63,845 nt of DNA from assembly GCA_964403985.1 (NCBI GenBank), contig CAYOIL010000001.1, forward strand, positions 1-63,845. The letters are read 5' to 3'. The first letter of the stretch is position 1. Every line of letters begins with the position of its first letter. Shown here in pieces: positions 46,064 to 54,648 of the stretch. The DNA comes from an uncultured Saprospiraceae bacterium. GTDB taxonomy: Bacteria; Bacteroidota; Bacteroidia; Chitinophagales; Saprospiraceae. Below the pieces are notes generated by a model that was not told the origin of the DNA, made no database searches, and saw nothing but the letters and a program-made list of their open reading frames with translations. The position numbers and the translations under genes are program-made.

Positions 46064-47416
46064 ATGGCATGTGCAAGTTGCAGCGGTACTAATGGAGTAT
46101 CGAAGGGATGCGGAAACAAAGGCCATTGTTCGAGTGGAAGTTGTAATAAACTCAATACCTATGATTGGTTGTCAAAAAGGGATTTACCTTTAACATCCGG
46201 TCAAAACATAGTGGAAGTTAGCTTCAAAAATGGAGCAAGAAAAGACTTCTTTTTTATGGATCACACAATGTCAGTTGTTACTGGTGACATGATTGTGGTA
46301 AACTCCGGCAATGGATACGACGTAGGACGTCTAAGTCTCACAGGGGACTTGGTTTCCCTACAAATGAAAAAGAAAAAGGTCAAAGACGATCGGGTTCAAC
46401 ATAATGTTATTCGAAAAGCAAATGAGAGAGATCTTGAAAAACTTCAAGAAGCTCGAGATCAAGAAATAGCAACAATGGTAAGGGCAAGAGCGATTGCTAG
46501 AACCTTGAACCTAGACATGAAACTAGGAGATGTTGAATTTCAAGGTGATAAGCGAAAAGCTACATTCTATTATACAGCGGAAGGTAGAATCGACTTTAGA
46601 GAGCTTGTTCGTTCATATGCTCGTGAGTTCAAAGTAAAAATCGAAATGCGTCAAATAGGTTCTAGACAAGAATCGGCGCGAATAGGAGGAATTGGTTCTT
46701 GTGGAAGAGAACTGTGCTGTTCTACTTGGTTAACAGATTTTAAATCCGTTTCTACAACCGCTGCCCGCTATCAATATATGGCAATTAATCAATCTAAATT
46801 ATCCGGACAATGTGGACGACTTAAGTGTTGTCTGAACTATGAGTTAGATAATTACATGGATGCTATTTCTCATTTTCCAGAAAAAGCAGATTATATCCAA
46901 ACCGCTGATGGTAAAGCTCGATTAATGAAAATTGACATTTTTAAAGGCCTTATGTACTATTCTGTTATGGCTGGAAAAGGAAGATCTACGGTTGTAGCTA
47001 TGGATAAAGAAGATGTAAAGAAAGTCATAGAAATGAATAAAAATGGCGAAAAGCCAGCTTCTTTAGCGAGTCTTCAAAATATGGCTTACACAGAAGAAGT
47101 AGAAGATACTCCTGATTACGAAGATGTTACTGGAGCAGTGGAATTGCCAGATAGAAAAAGAAGAAATAAAAGAAGAAATAAGAATAAGCCTAAAGGAAAT
47201 TCACCTAGAGGCAAAAAACAAACAAATAATTCTTCTAAGGAAAAAGGTCAGGAAAAGCAGTCTTCACAACAGCGATCAGGCGATAAAAAACCTACTGCTA
47301 AAAAGAAGAATTATAGAAAAAATAGAGGAAAAAGGAAAAATGATGGGCAAAATGCAAAACAAAATAGTGCAAAACCCACTTCTGATAATAAACCGAATAA
47401 TAATACAAAAGATTAA
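46064..47416 (+). CDS. PSP1-domain protein (RicT/YaaT-like) with a Cys-rich N-terminus and a long basic C-terminal tail
   Basis: PSP1 core with CGRELCCSTWL and SGQCGRLKCCLNYE. The N-terminus is MACASCSGTNGVSKGCGNKGHCSSGSC. The last 90 aa or so are K/R/N-rich low complexity. Confidence 0.85.
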   Translation: MACASCSGTNGVSKGCGNKGHCSSGSCNKLNTYDWLSKRDLPLTSGQNIVEVSFKNGARKDFFFMDHTMSVVTGDMIVVNSGNGYDVGRLSLTGDLVSLQMKKKKVKDDRVQHNVIRKANERDLEKLQEARDQEIATMVRARAIARTLNLDMKLGDVEFQGDKRKATFYYTAEGRIDFRELVRSYAREFKVKIEMRQIGSRQESARIGGIGSCGRELCCSTWLTDFKSVSTTAARYQYMAINQSKLSGQCGRLKCCLNYELDNYMDAISHFPEKADYIQTADGKARLMKIDIFKGLMYYSVMAGKGRSTVVAMDKEDVKKVIEMNKNGEKPASLASLQNMAYTEEVEDTPDYEDVTGAVELPDRKRRNKRRNKNKPKGNSPRGKKQTNNSSKEKGQEKQSSQQRSGDKKPTAKKKNYRKNRGKRKNDGQNAKQNSAKPTSDNKPNNNTKD

Positions 47417-47422
47417 AATAGA

Positions 47423-48829
47423 ATGGCTTACGATTTATGTATAATTGGATCTGGTCCTGGTGGCTATGTGGCAGCAATAAGAGCGTCTCAACTAGGATTA
47501 AAAACAGCAATTGTTGAAAGATATAATACGCTTGGTGGAACGTGCTTGAACGTAGGATGCATTCCTTCAAAAGCTTTATTGGATTCTTCAGAACATTTTC
47601 ATAATGCTAGTCATACATTTGAAACTCATGGAATAGGACTTTCTAACTTGAAAGTAAATATGAAGCAGATGATCACACGAAAAAATGAAGTTGTAGATCA
47701 GACATGTAAAGGGGTGGAATTCTTAATGAAAAAGAATAAAATCGATGTTTATTACGGACATGGAAGTTTTGTAGATAAAAACAATGTCAAAGTTTCCAAG
47801 GAAGACGGATCGGAAGAAAACATTGAAGCTAAAAATATAATTATTGCTACAGGGTCAAAGCCAATTGCTCCTACAGCTTTTAATTATGATAAGAATAGAG
47901 TTATAACATCTACAGAAGCATTAAATATTGAGAAGTTACCAAAGAGCATGGTTGTTATAGGTGGAGGGGTTATTGGTCTCGAACTAGGTAGTGTGTATGC
48001 GAGACTAGGTACTAAAGTAGATGTAGTAGAATTCAATGACCGTATTTTAGGAGGAATGGATAAGGATTGTGCAAAAGAATTGCAACGATCAATGAAGAAA
48101 AAACTAGGGGTTACTTTTCATACTAAGCATAAAGTTGTTGACGTAAAAGGAACAAAAACAAAGGCAAAAGTTACAGTTGAACCAAAAAATGGAGGAGATC
48201 AATTTGTATTGGATGCTGACTATTGTTTGATCGCTATTGGACGATATGCATATACGGATAAACTAGGATTAGAGAATGTGGGAGTTGAAACGGATGAGCG
48301 CGGAAAAGTGGTTGTTGATGACCATTTAAGAACGAATGTTGATAATATTTATGCTCTTGGTGATGTCATAAAAGGCGCGATGTTGGCACATAAAGCAGAA
48401 GAAGAGGGAATATTTGTGGTAGAGCAACTTGCAGGGCAGAAACCACATATAAATCATCACTTAATTCCAGGGGTTGTTTATACTTGGCCTGAAGTATCAT
48501 CAGTAGGATATACTGAAGATGAGGCAAAAGAAGCAGGACATGAGATAAAGGTTGGTAAGTTCCCTTTTAAGGCATTGGGACGTGCTAGAGCGAGTATGGA
48601 CTTGGAGGGAATGGTTAAGATAATTGCAGATAAGGAAACAGATGAAATTTTGGGTGCGCACTTGATAGGAGCAAGAGCTGCGGATCTTATAATGGAGTTA
48701 TGTACGATTATGGAATTCAGAGGTACTGCAGAAGATTTATCTAGAATTTGTCATCCACATCCTACTTTTTCAGAAGCGATAAAAGAAGCAGCATTAGCAG
48801 CTACAGACAATAGGGCATTGCACGTGTAA
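47423..48829 (+). CDS. lpdA: Dihydrolipoyl dehydrogenase
   Basis: GSGPGGY FAD site, redox-active GGTCLNVGCIPSK, and the C-terminal HPHPTFSE motif. Confidence 0.95.
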   Translation: MAYDLCIIGSGPGGYVAAIRASQLGLKTAIVERYNTLGGTCLNVGCIPSKALLDSSEHFHNASHTFETHGIGLSNLKVNMKQMITRKNEVVDQTCKGVEFLMKKNKIDVYYGHGSFVDKNNVKVSKEDGSEENIEAKNIIIATGSKPIAPTAFNYDKNRVITSTEALNIEKLPKSMVVIGGGVIGLELGSVYARLGTKVDVVEFNDRILGGMDKDCAKELQRSMKKKLGVTFHTKHKVVDVKGTKTKAKVTVEPKNGGDQFVLDADYCLIAIGRYAYTDKLGLENVGVETDERGKVVVDDHLRTNVDNIYALGDVIKGAMLAHKAEEEGIFVVEQLAGQKPHINHHLIPGVVYTWPEVSSVGYTEDEAKEAGHEIKVGKFPFKALGRARASMDLEGMVKIIADKETDEILGAHLIGARAADLIMELCTIMEFRGTAEDLSRICHPHPTFSEAIKEAALAATDNRALHV

Positions 48830-49792
48830 ATGGAAGAGGCAATAGAAAAAATAAATAGTTTAGCGAAAATGCGTTTTCCTTTCTTGTTCATTTTTTCATA
48901 TGAACTAGATCAATTACATGTTTTTCCCTTGAATAATCTGCCTTCAGAGATTAATTATTTTTTCAGCAATGGTCACTTTTGTTGCGATTCTGTAAACGTT
49001 GATAAAGAGTTGGAGCTAGAGAAAACGCCTGTAGAACGCGAACGTTTTTCGAATGCATTTACATATTGTAAAGAGGAGATAGAATACGGGAATAGTTTTT
49101 TATTAAACCTGACGTTCCCTTCGGAAATCAAAACGAACTATACATTAGAAGAAATATTTCATTCAGCACGTTCAAGCTATAAAATTCTTTGGAAAGATAA
49201 ATTTGTTAGTTTTTCCCCAGAGTGTTTTGTTAAGATAAAAGATAATAAGATTTATTCCTATCCCATGAAGGGAACAATTGATGCGTCCATAGAAAATGCA
49301 AAGGAAAAGATAATTAATGATAAAAAGGAAGAAGCGGAGCATTATACAATTGTAGATCTTATAAGAAATGATTTAAGTATGGTGTCAAAGAATGTTCAAG
49401 TAACAAAATTTCGATATCTAGATGAAATTAAAACTCCAGACAAGAATCTACTTCAAGTAAGCTCTGAAATTTGTGGAGATTTACCAGAAGACTGGAGAGC
49501 AGATTTAGGAAATATTATAATGAAATTACTTCCAGCGGGTTCTATTTCGGGTGCGCCCAAAGAAAAAACGCGTCAGATTATTCAGAAAGCAGAACAGGAA
49601 AAAAGGGGGTTTTACACCGGCATATCGGGAATTTTTGATGGAGACACACTTGATAGTTGTGTACTCATACGGTTTATTGAAAAGAATGGCGATAAAAAGT
49701 TTTATAGATCTGGTGGAGGAATCACTTTTAGAAGTGAAGAAGAATCAGAATACAATGAGTTAATAGACAAGATATATGTCCCATCTTTTTGA
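48830..49792 (+). CDS. pabB: Aminodeoxychorismate synthase component I, short form (chorismate-binding domain only)
   Basis: LLPAGSISGAPK, RGFYTGISG and GGGITFRSEEESEYNE motifs. At 320 aa it is much shorter than the 453-aa E. coli PabB. Confidence 0.75.
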   Translation: MEEAIEKINSLAKMRFPFLFIFSYELDQLHVFPLNNLPSEINYFFSNGHFCCDSVNVDKELELEKTPVERERFSNAFTYCKEEIEYGNSFLLNLTFPSEIKTNYTLEEIFHSARSSYKILWKDKFVSFSPECFVKIKDNKIYSYPMKGTIDASIENAKEKIINDKKEEAEHYTIVDLIRNDLSMVSKNVQVTKFRYLDEIKTPDKNLLQVSSEICGDLPEDWRADLGNIIMKLLPAGSISGAPKEKTRQIIQKAEQEKRGFYTGISGIFDGDTLDSCVLIRFIEKNGDKKFYRSGGGITFRSEEESEYNELIDKIYVPSF

Positions 49793-50372
49793 AAGCATTC
49801 GAGTAATTAATGGGCAAGTAAGAAACCTAAAATATCATCAATCTAGAGTTGATAGGGCATATTTATTTTACGGTAAAAAGGATAAATTAAATTTACAATC
49901 TTTTATAAAGTCGTTTTCTATTCCTAGAGATGGCCTGTATAAATTGAGAATTTCTTATGATATAAAAAGTAATTCAGGTCTATCAAAAATAGAAGCATAT
50001 AAAGCAAAAGAGATTAATAGTTTAAAGTTAATTGAATTAAAGGAAGAAAGCTATATGCATAAATTCGAAGACCGTGAATTTATTAATTCTTTTTATGAAA
50101 AAAGGGGCAATGCGAGCGATGTATTGTTCTATAGAAATAATAAAATACTAGATACGTCATATTGTAATATTGCCTTCTTTAACGGCAAAGAGTGGCTTAC
50201 GCCCAAAATACCTTTATTAAAAGGAACGATGAGAGAACAATTAATTAATAAAGGAATTATTGTTGAAAAAGATATTCCTCTAGAAGACATTCAAAACTTC
50301 AAAAAAGCAAGGTTATTTAATGCAATGATTTTGTGGTCCGATAAAAAAGAGCTGTCAAATTTTTATACCTAG
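49776..50372 (+). CDS. pabC: Aminotransferase class IV family protein (aminodeoxychorismate lyase-like)
   Basis: Overlaps pabB by 17 nt. It is a fold-type IV-like small protein (NLKYHQSRV..., DTSYCNIAF). The assignment rests partly on context. Confidence 0.6.
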   Translation: MSHLFESIRVINGQVRNLKYHQSRVDRAYLFYGKKDKLNLQSFIKSFSIPRDGLYKLRISYDIKSNSGLSKIEAYKAKEINSLKLIELKEESYMHKFEDREFINSFYEKRGNASDVLFYRNNKILDTSYCNIAFFNGKEWLTPKIPLLKGTMREQLINKGIIVEKDIPLEDIQNFKKARLFNAMILWSDKKELSNFYT

Positions 50373-51148
50373 GAAAGGGTGTAATTATATTCTCCAAAAA
50401 GGTTATAGATATAGGATTCATTCCTCTCAAATTCTTGATATAATTTTGCTAAACTATTAAATAGTTTTTCTGATGCTCCATTTTTTAAATTTACTTTAAA
50501 TACGTTATCGGATTCATCAATGCAAATACATCTAATGTCATCAAATTGTATAGTTCTAAAAAACGCTTTTCCATCAATGATGTATTCTTCACTTAAGTAT
50601 TCTGGATCAATGTATTCTTTTAATCCAGGAATTTCATCTGTTATTCCTTCTAAATCAATTTCTCGAACAAAATATTTATTAGTAAACTGTTTCTTAAATA
50701 ACATATTTGAAAAATTAAGACTATCAACCTTTAAGTTTTGTAAATTTTCCTTTATCTCAAAACCAGAAAGATATGCATCAGCAAAATATAATATTAATTC
50801 CTTTGTTTGATTTTTTTGATTTAAAATGTGAATGTTTGATAAAATTTGAAAGTTATCATTGTTGTTAACATCAAAATGTAATGGGATAGCAGCAAAGCCT
50901 GTATAAGGACTTATGACTTCAAAAACCGCATTAAATTTTTTAGCTTGTTTTATTGCCTTGGAAAATTTTTCTAAATCAGAATTTAAAATAGGAAGAAGTA
51001 TTCGTAGAAATATTTTGAAATCATGTGTTTTATATTTTAACATAGATCTTTTTTTAAAATTCTTAAATCCGCGCCGCCTCCACATAAAAATAGGCGGCTC
51101 TAGTAAATTCTTCTCTTTCTTCATTCCTATGACCAACATAGAATTCAC
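50369..51148 (-). CDS. Hypothetical protein (the start is more likely the internal Met at 51043, MLKYKTHDF...)
   Basis: The longest ORF overlaps the upstream gene by 86 nt. The Met at 51043 lies 20 nt after the upstream stop. No recognisable motif. Confidence 0.45.
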   Translation of the reverse strand: MNSMLVIGMKKEKNLLEPPIFMWRRRGFKNFKKRSMLKYKTHDFKIFLRILLPILNSDLEKFSKAIKQAKKFNAVFEVISPYTGFAAIPLHFDVNNNDNFQILSNIHILNQKNQTKELILYFADAYLSGFEIKENLQNLKVDSLNFSNMLFKKQFTNKYFVREIDLEGITDEIPGLKEYIDPEYLSEEYIIDGKAFFRTIQFDDIRCICIDESDNVFKVNLKNGASEKLFNSLAKLYQEFERNESYIYNLFGEYNYTLS

Positions 51149-52196
51149 CGGCTATTTCTCGCTTTTTACGTATTTTCCCATGCACCTCTTGCAAAGGATC
51201 ACGAATATCCAAACTACTTAATAAATAATCATAAGCATCTAATCTTTCATTATTTAAAACAGCACTTAACATCTCCTCATAAATTGATGCCTCTCGATCC
51301 TTTATTAACAAACAGCTTATATATATATTCTTAATTTCTTCTCCTATTTCTTTTAATTTAAATCGACCTGTTATTGATGCCCAAAAATTATAAAATGGTT
51401 TTAGAAATTTAAAGCTCTTACTATAGCCTACAACCTTAATCTGTTTTACTTTTCGTAAATCCCATAAAGCAAAACAGCCAACGATTTCCCCCTCTTTTTC
51501 GGCAATATAGAAATCATTTATTTTTAAATCTTTATTATGTTTATTTCCCAAATTATTTAAATCGTAAACAGGGAAAAAATCAATTTTTTTAGATTCTTTA
51601 TCTATGAAGCTCTGTACTTTTTCAATGTCATTATAGCTTGCCTCGAAAATCTTATATTTACTTCCAGCTTTTAGTTTATTATTTCTTTCAATTAGAGTAG
51701 TTGTAATATTTCCTATTTTATGAGCATGGAATATTTTTAGTGATTTGCGTTTATTTTCACGTCCTGAAATAATAGTTAATATCGGTTTATTTTCTGAAAA
51801 CATTATTAAAGGGGCAGGAAGCGATTCTGTTTGTAATTTTTCGTAGGTAATTCGAACAATATGAATAAAAGCAGAACCATTCTGAAAATTTGGATGAATC
51901 TTTAAATCGCACAAGTAGACCATGGATTCTTTTTTACCTAAAAACCAGACATCTTTTCTACCTATATTAATGCATCCTATTAATTGTTTGTCTGATACTA
52001 TTAATTGTATCTCAGGTTCCTTAGTTTGTATAAATGCGCCTTGATAAAAATTTGGTTTTCTGCAAAGGCTAAATGAAATATTACCTTTTTGAGAATATTC
52101 ACTTAGCTCTTGGAGCCTCTTATCATATGAAGGATCATAAGGTATAATTTTCATGAGTGTAAATATAAGTCTAAATAGTGTGAGTTCAGTATACAA
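51063..52196 (-). CDS. Hypothetical protein, possibly a tandem GNAT-like acyltransferase (alternative start at 52154, MKIIPYD...)
   Basis: Two repeats of a GNAT-like beta-strand pattern (LIGCINIG...MVYLCDLKIHP; IVGCFALWD...) and a C-terminal FYVEAARI. The assignment is weak. Confidence 0.4.
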   Translation of the reverse strand: MYTELTLFRLIFTLMKIIPYDPSYDKRLQELSEYSQKGNISFSLCRKPNFYQGAFIQTKEPEIQLIVSDKQLIGCINIGRKDVWFLGKKESMVYLCDLKIHPNFQNGSAFIHIVRITYEKLQTESLPAPLIMFSENKPILTIISGRENKRKSLKIFHAHKIGNITTTLIERNNKLKAGSKYKIFEASYNDIEKVQSFIDKESKKIDFFPVYDLNNLGNKHNKDLKINDFYIAEKEGEIVGCFALWDLRKVKQIKVVGYSKSFKFLKPFYNFWASITGRFKLKEIGEEIKNIYISCLLIKDREASIYEEMLSAVLNNERLDAYDYLLSSLDIRDPLQEVHGKIRKKREIAGEFYVGHRNEEREEFTRAAYFYVEAARI

Positions 52197-52302
52197 GAAA
52201 TAGAGTAGACAATATACATCAAGATGTATTTTGTTTTAAAATATTTTCAATTTGACACCAACTCTTTTGTTAGCTTTATCGTCTTAGTGTAAAAATATAG
52301 TA

Positions 52303-53445
52303 ATGAAAAAAATATTCTTTTTTATAGCGCTTTTGACTTTTATAATATCTTGTTCTCCTGAAAATTCTGCAACCAAGGATTCTCTTGATGGTTCTTTTTT
52401 AAGTTCTGAAAGTTCCTCTAGTGGAAGTGGTTCGGAGTCTGGTTTAATAACTGCAGGGGAGTGGAATGATCTAGAAAATTGGGATTTTTGGAAGACATTA
52501 CAATTAGACAATGAATTTAATGTTCATCAGGAATATTGGGGGATGTACCCTAATAATAGAATTTCAATTGAGGTAGTAAATCAAGATAAAATTGTTAAAG
52601 GTGCCGAAGTGGAGCTTTTCAAGGATGGAGTGTTGGTGGCAAGTTCGATTTCCGATAATTATGGGCGAGTAGAGTTTATTGTTGATCTATTTGAAAATGA
52701 CAATAGCTCATCTAACGAATTTATCGCAAGGGTCGAAAAGACTGTATTAAGTAATTCTTTAAAATCTTTTGAATTTGGTATTAATGAAATTGAATATGGA
52801 ATCCAAACTTCTGTAAAAGATAAAGTCCAGCTTTCATTTATTGTGGATGCAACTGGATCAATGGGAGACGAGCTTAACTTTTTAAAAGAAGACCTTAAAG
52901 ATGTAATCCAACGAGCAGAGTCAGGAATTAATAATTTGTCTTTTGAAACTTCATCGGTATTTTACAGAGATCAAGGAGATTCTTATGTTACTAAAGACTC
53001 CGACTTTTCAAGTGACATTAATAATACAATCTCTTTTATTAAAGCCCAAAATGCAGGAGGAGGTGGTGACTTTCCTGAAGCAGTTCATAGTGCATTAGCC
53101 AATTGTTTAGAACTTGACTGGGACGAAAACGCACATACTAAAATAGCCTTTTTATTACTTGACGCTCCGCCACATTATAATGAAGATGTAATTCGAGACA
53201 TTAAAAATTCGATTCAACTTGCAATTGAAAAGGGAATTAAAATTATTCCGATAAGTGCAAGTGGGGTGAGTAAAGAAACTGAATTTCTAATGAGGTATTT
53301 TAGTATCGCCACAAATGGCACTTACATTTTTATAACAAATGATAGTGGTATTGGTAACGATCACATCGAAGCTACAGTAGGGGACTATGAAGTAGAATTT
53401 TTAAATGACCTTATGGTGCGAGTAATTAAGAAATATATTCAATAA
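52303..53445 (+). CDS. Lipoprotein with a carboxypeptidase-regulatory-like domain and a vWA domain
   Basis: Lipobox LTFIISCS, a beta-sandwich block (ISIEVVNQDKIVKGAEVELFKDG...GRVEF) and a MIDAS-like FIVDATGSMGDEL. Confidence 0.7.
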   Translation: MKKIFFFIALLTFIISCSPENSATKDSLDGSFLSSESSSSGSGSESGLITAGEWNDLENWDFWKTLQLDNEFNVHQEYWGMYPNNRISIEVVNQDKIVKGAEVELFKDGVLVASSISDNYGRVEFIVDLFENDNSSSNEFIARVEKTVLSNSLKSFEFGINEIEYGIQTSVKDKVQLSFIVDATGSMGDELNFLKEDLKDVIQRAESGINNLSFETSSVFYRDQGDSYVTKDSDFSSDINNTISFIKAQNAGGGGDFPEAVHSALANCLELDWDENAHTKIAFLLLDAPPHYNEDVIRDIKNSIQLAIEKGIKIIPISASGVSKETEFLMRYFSIATNGTYIFITNDSGIGNDHIEATVGDYEVEFLNDLMVRVIKKYIQ

Positions 53446-53446
53446 A

Positions 53447-54049
53447 TTAGTCGTCGTCACCTTGACTATATAATAATTCGAAAGGATTTTGCCACAAATC
53501 GAATGTATGTAAATCATACATTTCTATTTTATCAATCAACTTTTGGGCGTAAGCCTTATCTGTTGCATAGCCACATGATTTCAATCCAGTCGCCCAGTTG
53601 AAATAATCCGTACGGTCATATTGAAATAAAACGGAATAGTGAGCAGTGTACATTAAAAAATTAGAGTGATCTACATAACTATCAATCACTGTTTCATATG
53701 CTCTAAAACATGAATCTGTTAATTTTCCTTTGTCGTCAAAGTCATCATCTTTGTGATAATATGTTTGTCCTTTCCAGTATGATTTACATTTTATTCCAAA
53801 ATGATTATTACTTCCCGAAGCTAAGCGACTGTTTCCATTGCTAGATTCAAGAATTCCTTGAGCTAAAATAATGGATGCAGGAATACCGCTTCTATACATT
53901 TCTGCTACAGCTAGATCTTTGTATTGATCTATATAATTTATTGTCGCTTCAGATAAATCAGGTTTAGAATCAGCTATGGTTGAGAAATCAACGTTAGAAA
54001 AATATCCAGCTATAAGTGTATATAACACAGTTAAAAAATACTTCATCAT
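53447..54049 (-). CDS. Glucosaminidase (mannosyl-glycoprotein endo-beta-N-acetylglucosaminidase) domain protein
   Basis: IPASIILAQGILESSNGNSRLA...NNHFGIK...YRAYE matches the glucosaminidase (FlgJ/LytD C-terminal type) signature. Confidence 0.8.
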   Translation of the reverse strand: MMKYFLTVLYTLIAGYFSNVDFSTIADSKPDLSEATINYIDQYKDLAVAEMYRSGIPASIILAQGILESSNGNSRLASGSNNHFGIKCKSYWKGQTYYHKDDDFDDKGKLTDSCFRAYETVIDSYVDHSNFLMYTAHYSVLFQYDRTDYFNWATGLKSCGYATDKAYAQKLIDKIEMYDLHTFDLWQNPFELLYSQGDDD

Positions 54050-54153
54050 CAGGTTTTTATTCTACTTATAGAATATTCAATTATTGTGCCAAAGCGTATA
54101 TTCAAGTGAAAAATTTCTTCATTTTAACATGACTTTCTATCTTAAGGCTTAAT

Positions 54154-54648
54154 ATGAAAAAAGTGTTTTCTTATATTGATAAACTTACCAAATCATTTGG
54201 CGCAATTGCTGGATGGTCCAGTATTCTTTTGGTTTTGCTAGTTTGTATTGATGTTATACTAAGATATTTTTTCCAATGGTCTCGAGTATGGGTGATGGAA
54301 CTTGAGTTATATTTATTTGCTGCTACTTTTCTATTAGGAGGAGCATATGCTTTTCAGAAAGATCAACACGTAAGAGTAGATGTTTTTTATACAAACATGA
54401 GCGAAAAGAACAAAGCTAGAGTAAATCTTATAGGTGGTCTATTTTTGCTTTTGCCATGGTGTATAATAGTAATCTATATTAGTCAACGATATTTTTTAAA
54501 ATCATGGCGGATAGGCGAAAGTTCTGGTCAGCCTGGAGGACTACCTATGATTTATATCAAAAAAGGAATGGTGCTTTTGGCGTTTTTACTGCTTTTTTTA
54601 CAAGGACTTAGTTCTGTTTATTCATCCTATATAAGATTAAGGAAATAA
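54154..54648 (+). CDS. TRAP transporter small permease (DctQ-type)
   Basis: 164 aa with four TM spans, immediately followed by a DctM-type gene whose start overlaps its stop. Confidence 0.75.
   Translation: MKKVFSYIDKLTKSFGAIAGWSSILLVLLVCIDVILRYFFQWSRVWVMELELYLFAATFLLGGAYAFQKDQHVRVDVFYTNMSEKNKARVNLIGGLFLLLPWCIIVIYISQRYFLKSWRIGESSGQPGGLPMIYIKKGMVLLAFLLLFLQGLSSVYSSYIRLRK

Noticed and set aside
47124-47570. Overlapping 106-aa (+) and 90-aa (-) ORFs at the PSP1/lpd junction
   Set aside because: They arise from the AAG/AAA-rich low-complexity sequence that encodes the polybasic PSP1 tail. They have no independent signals.
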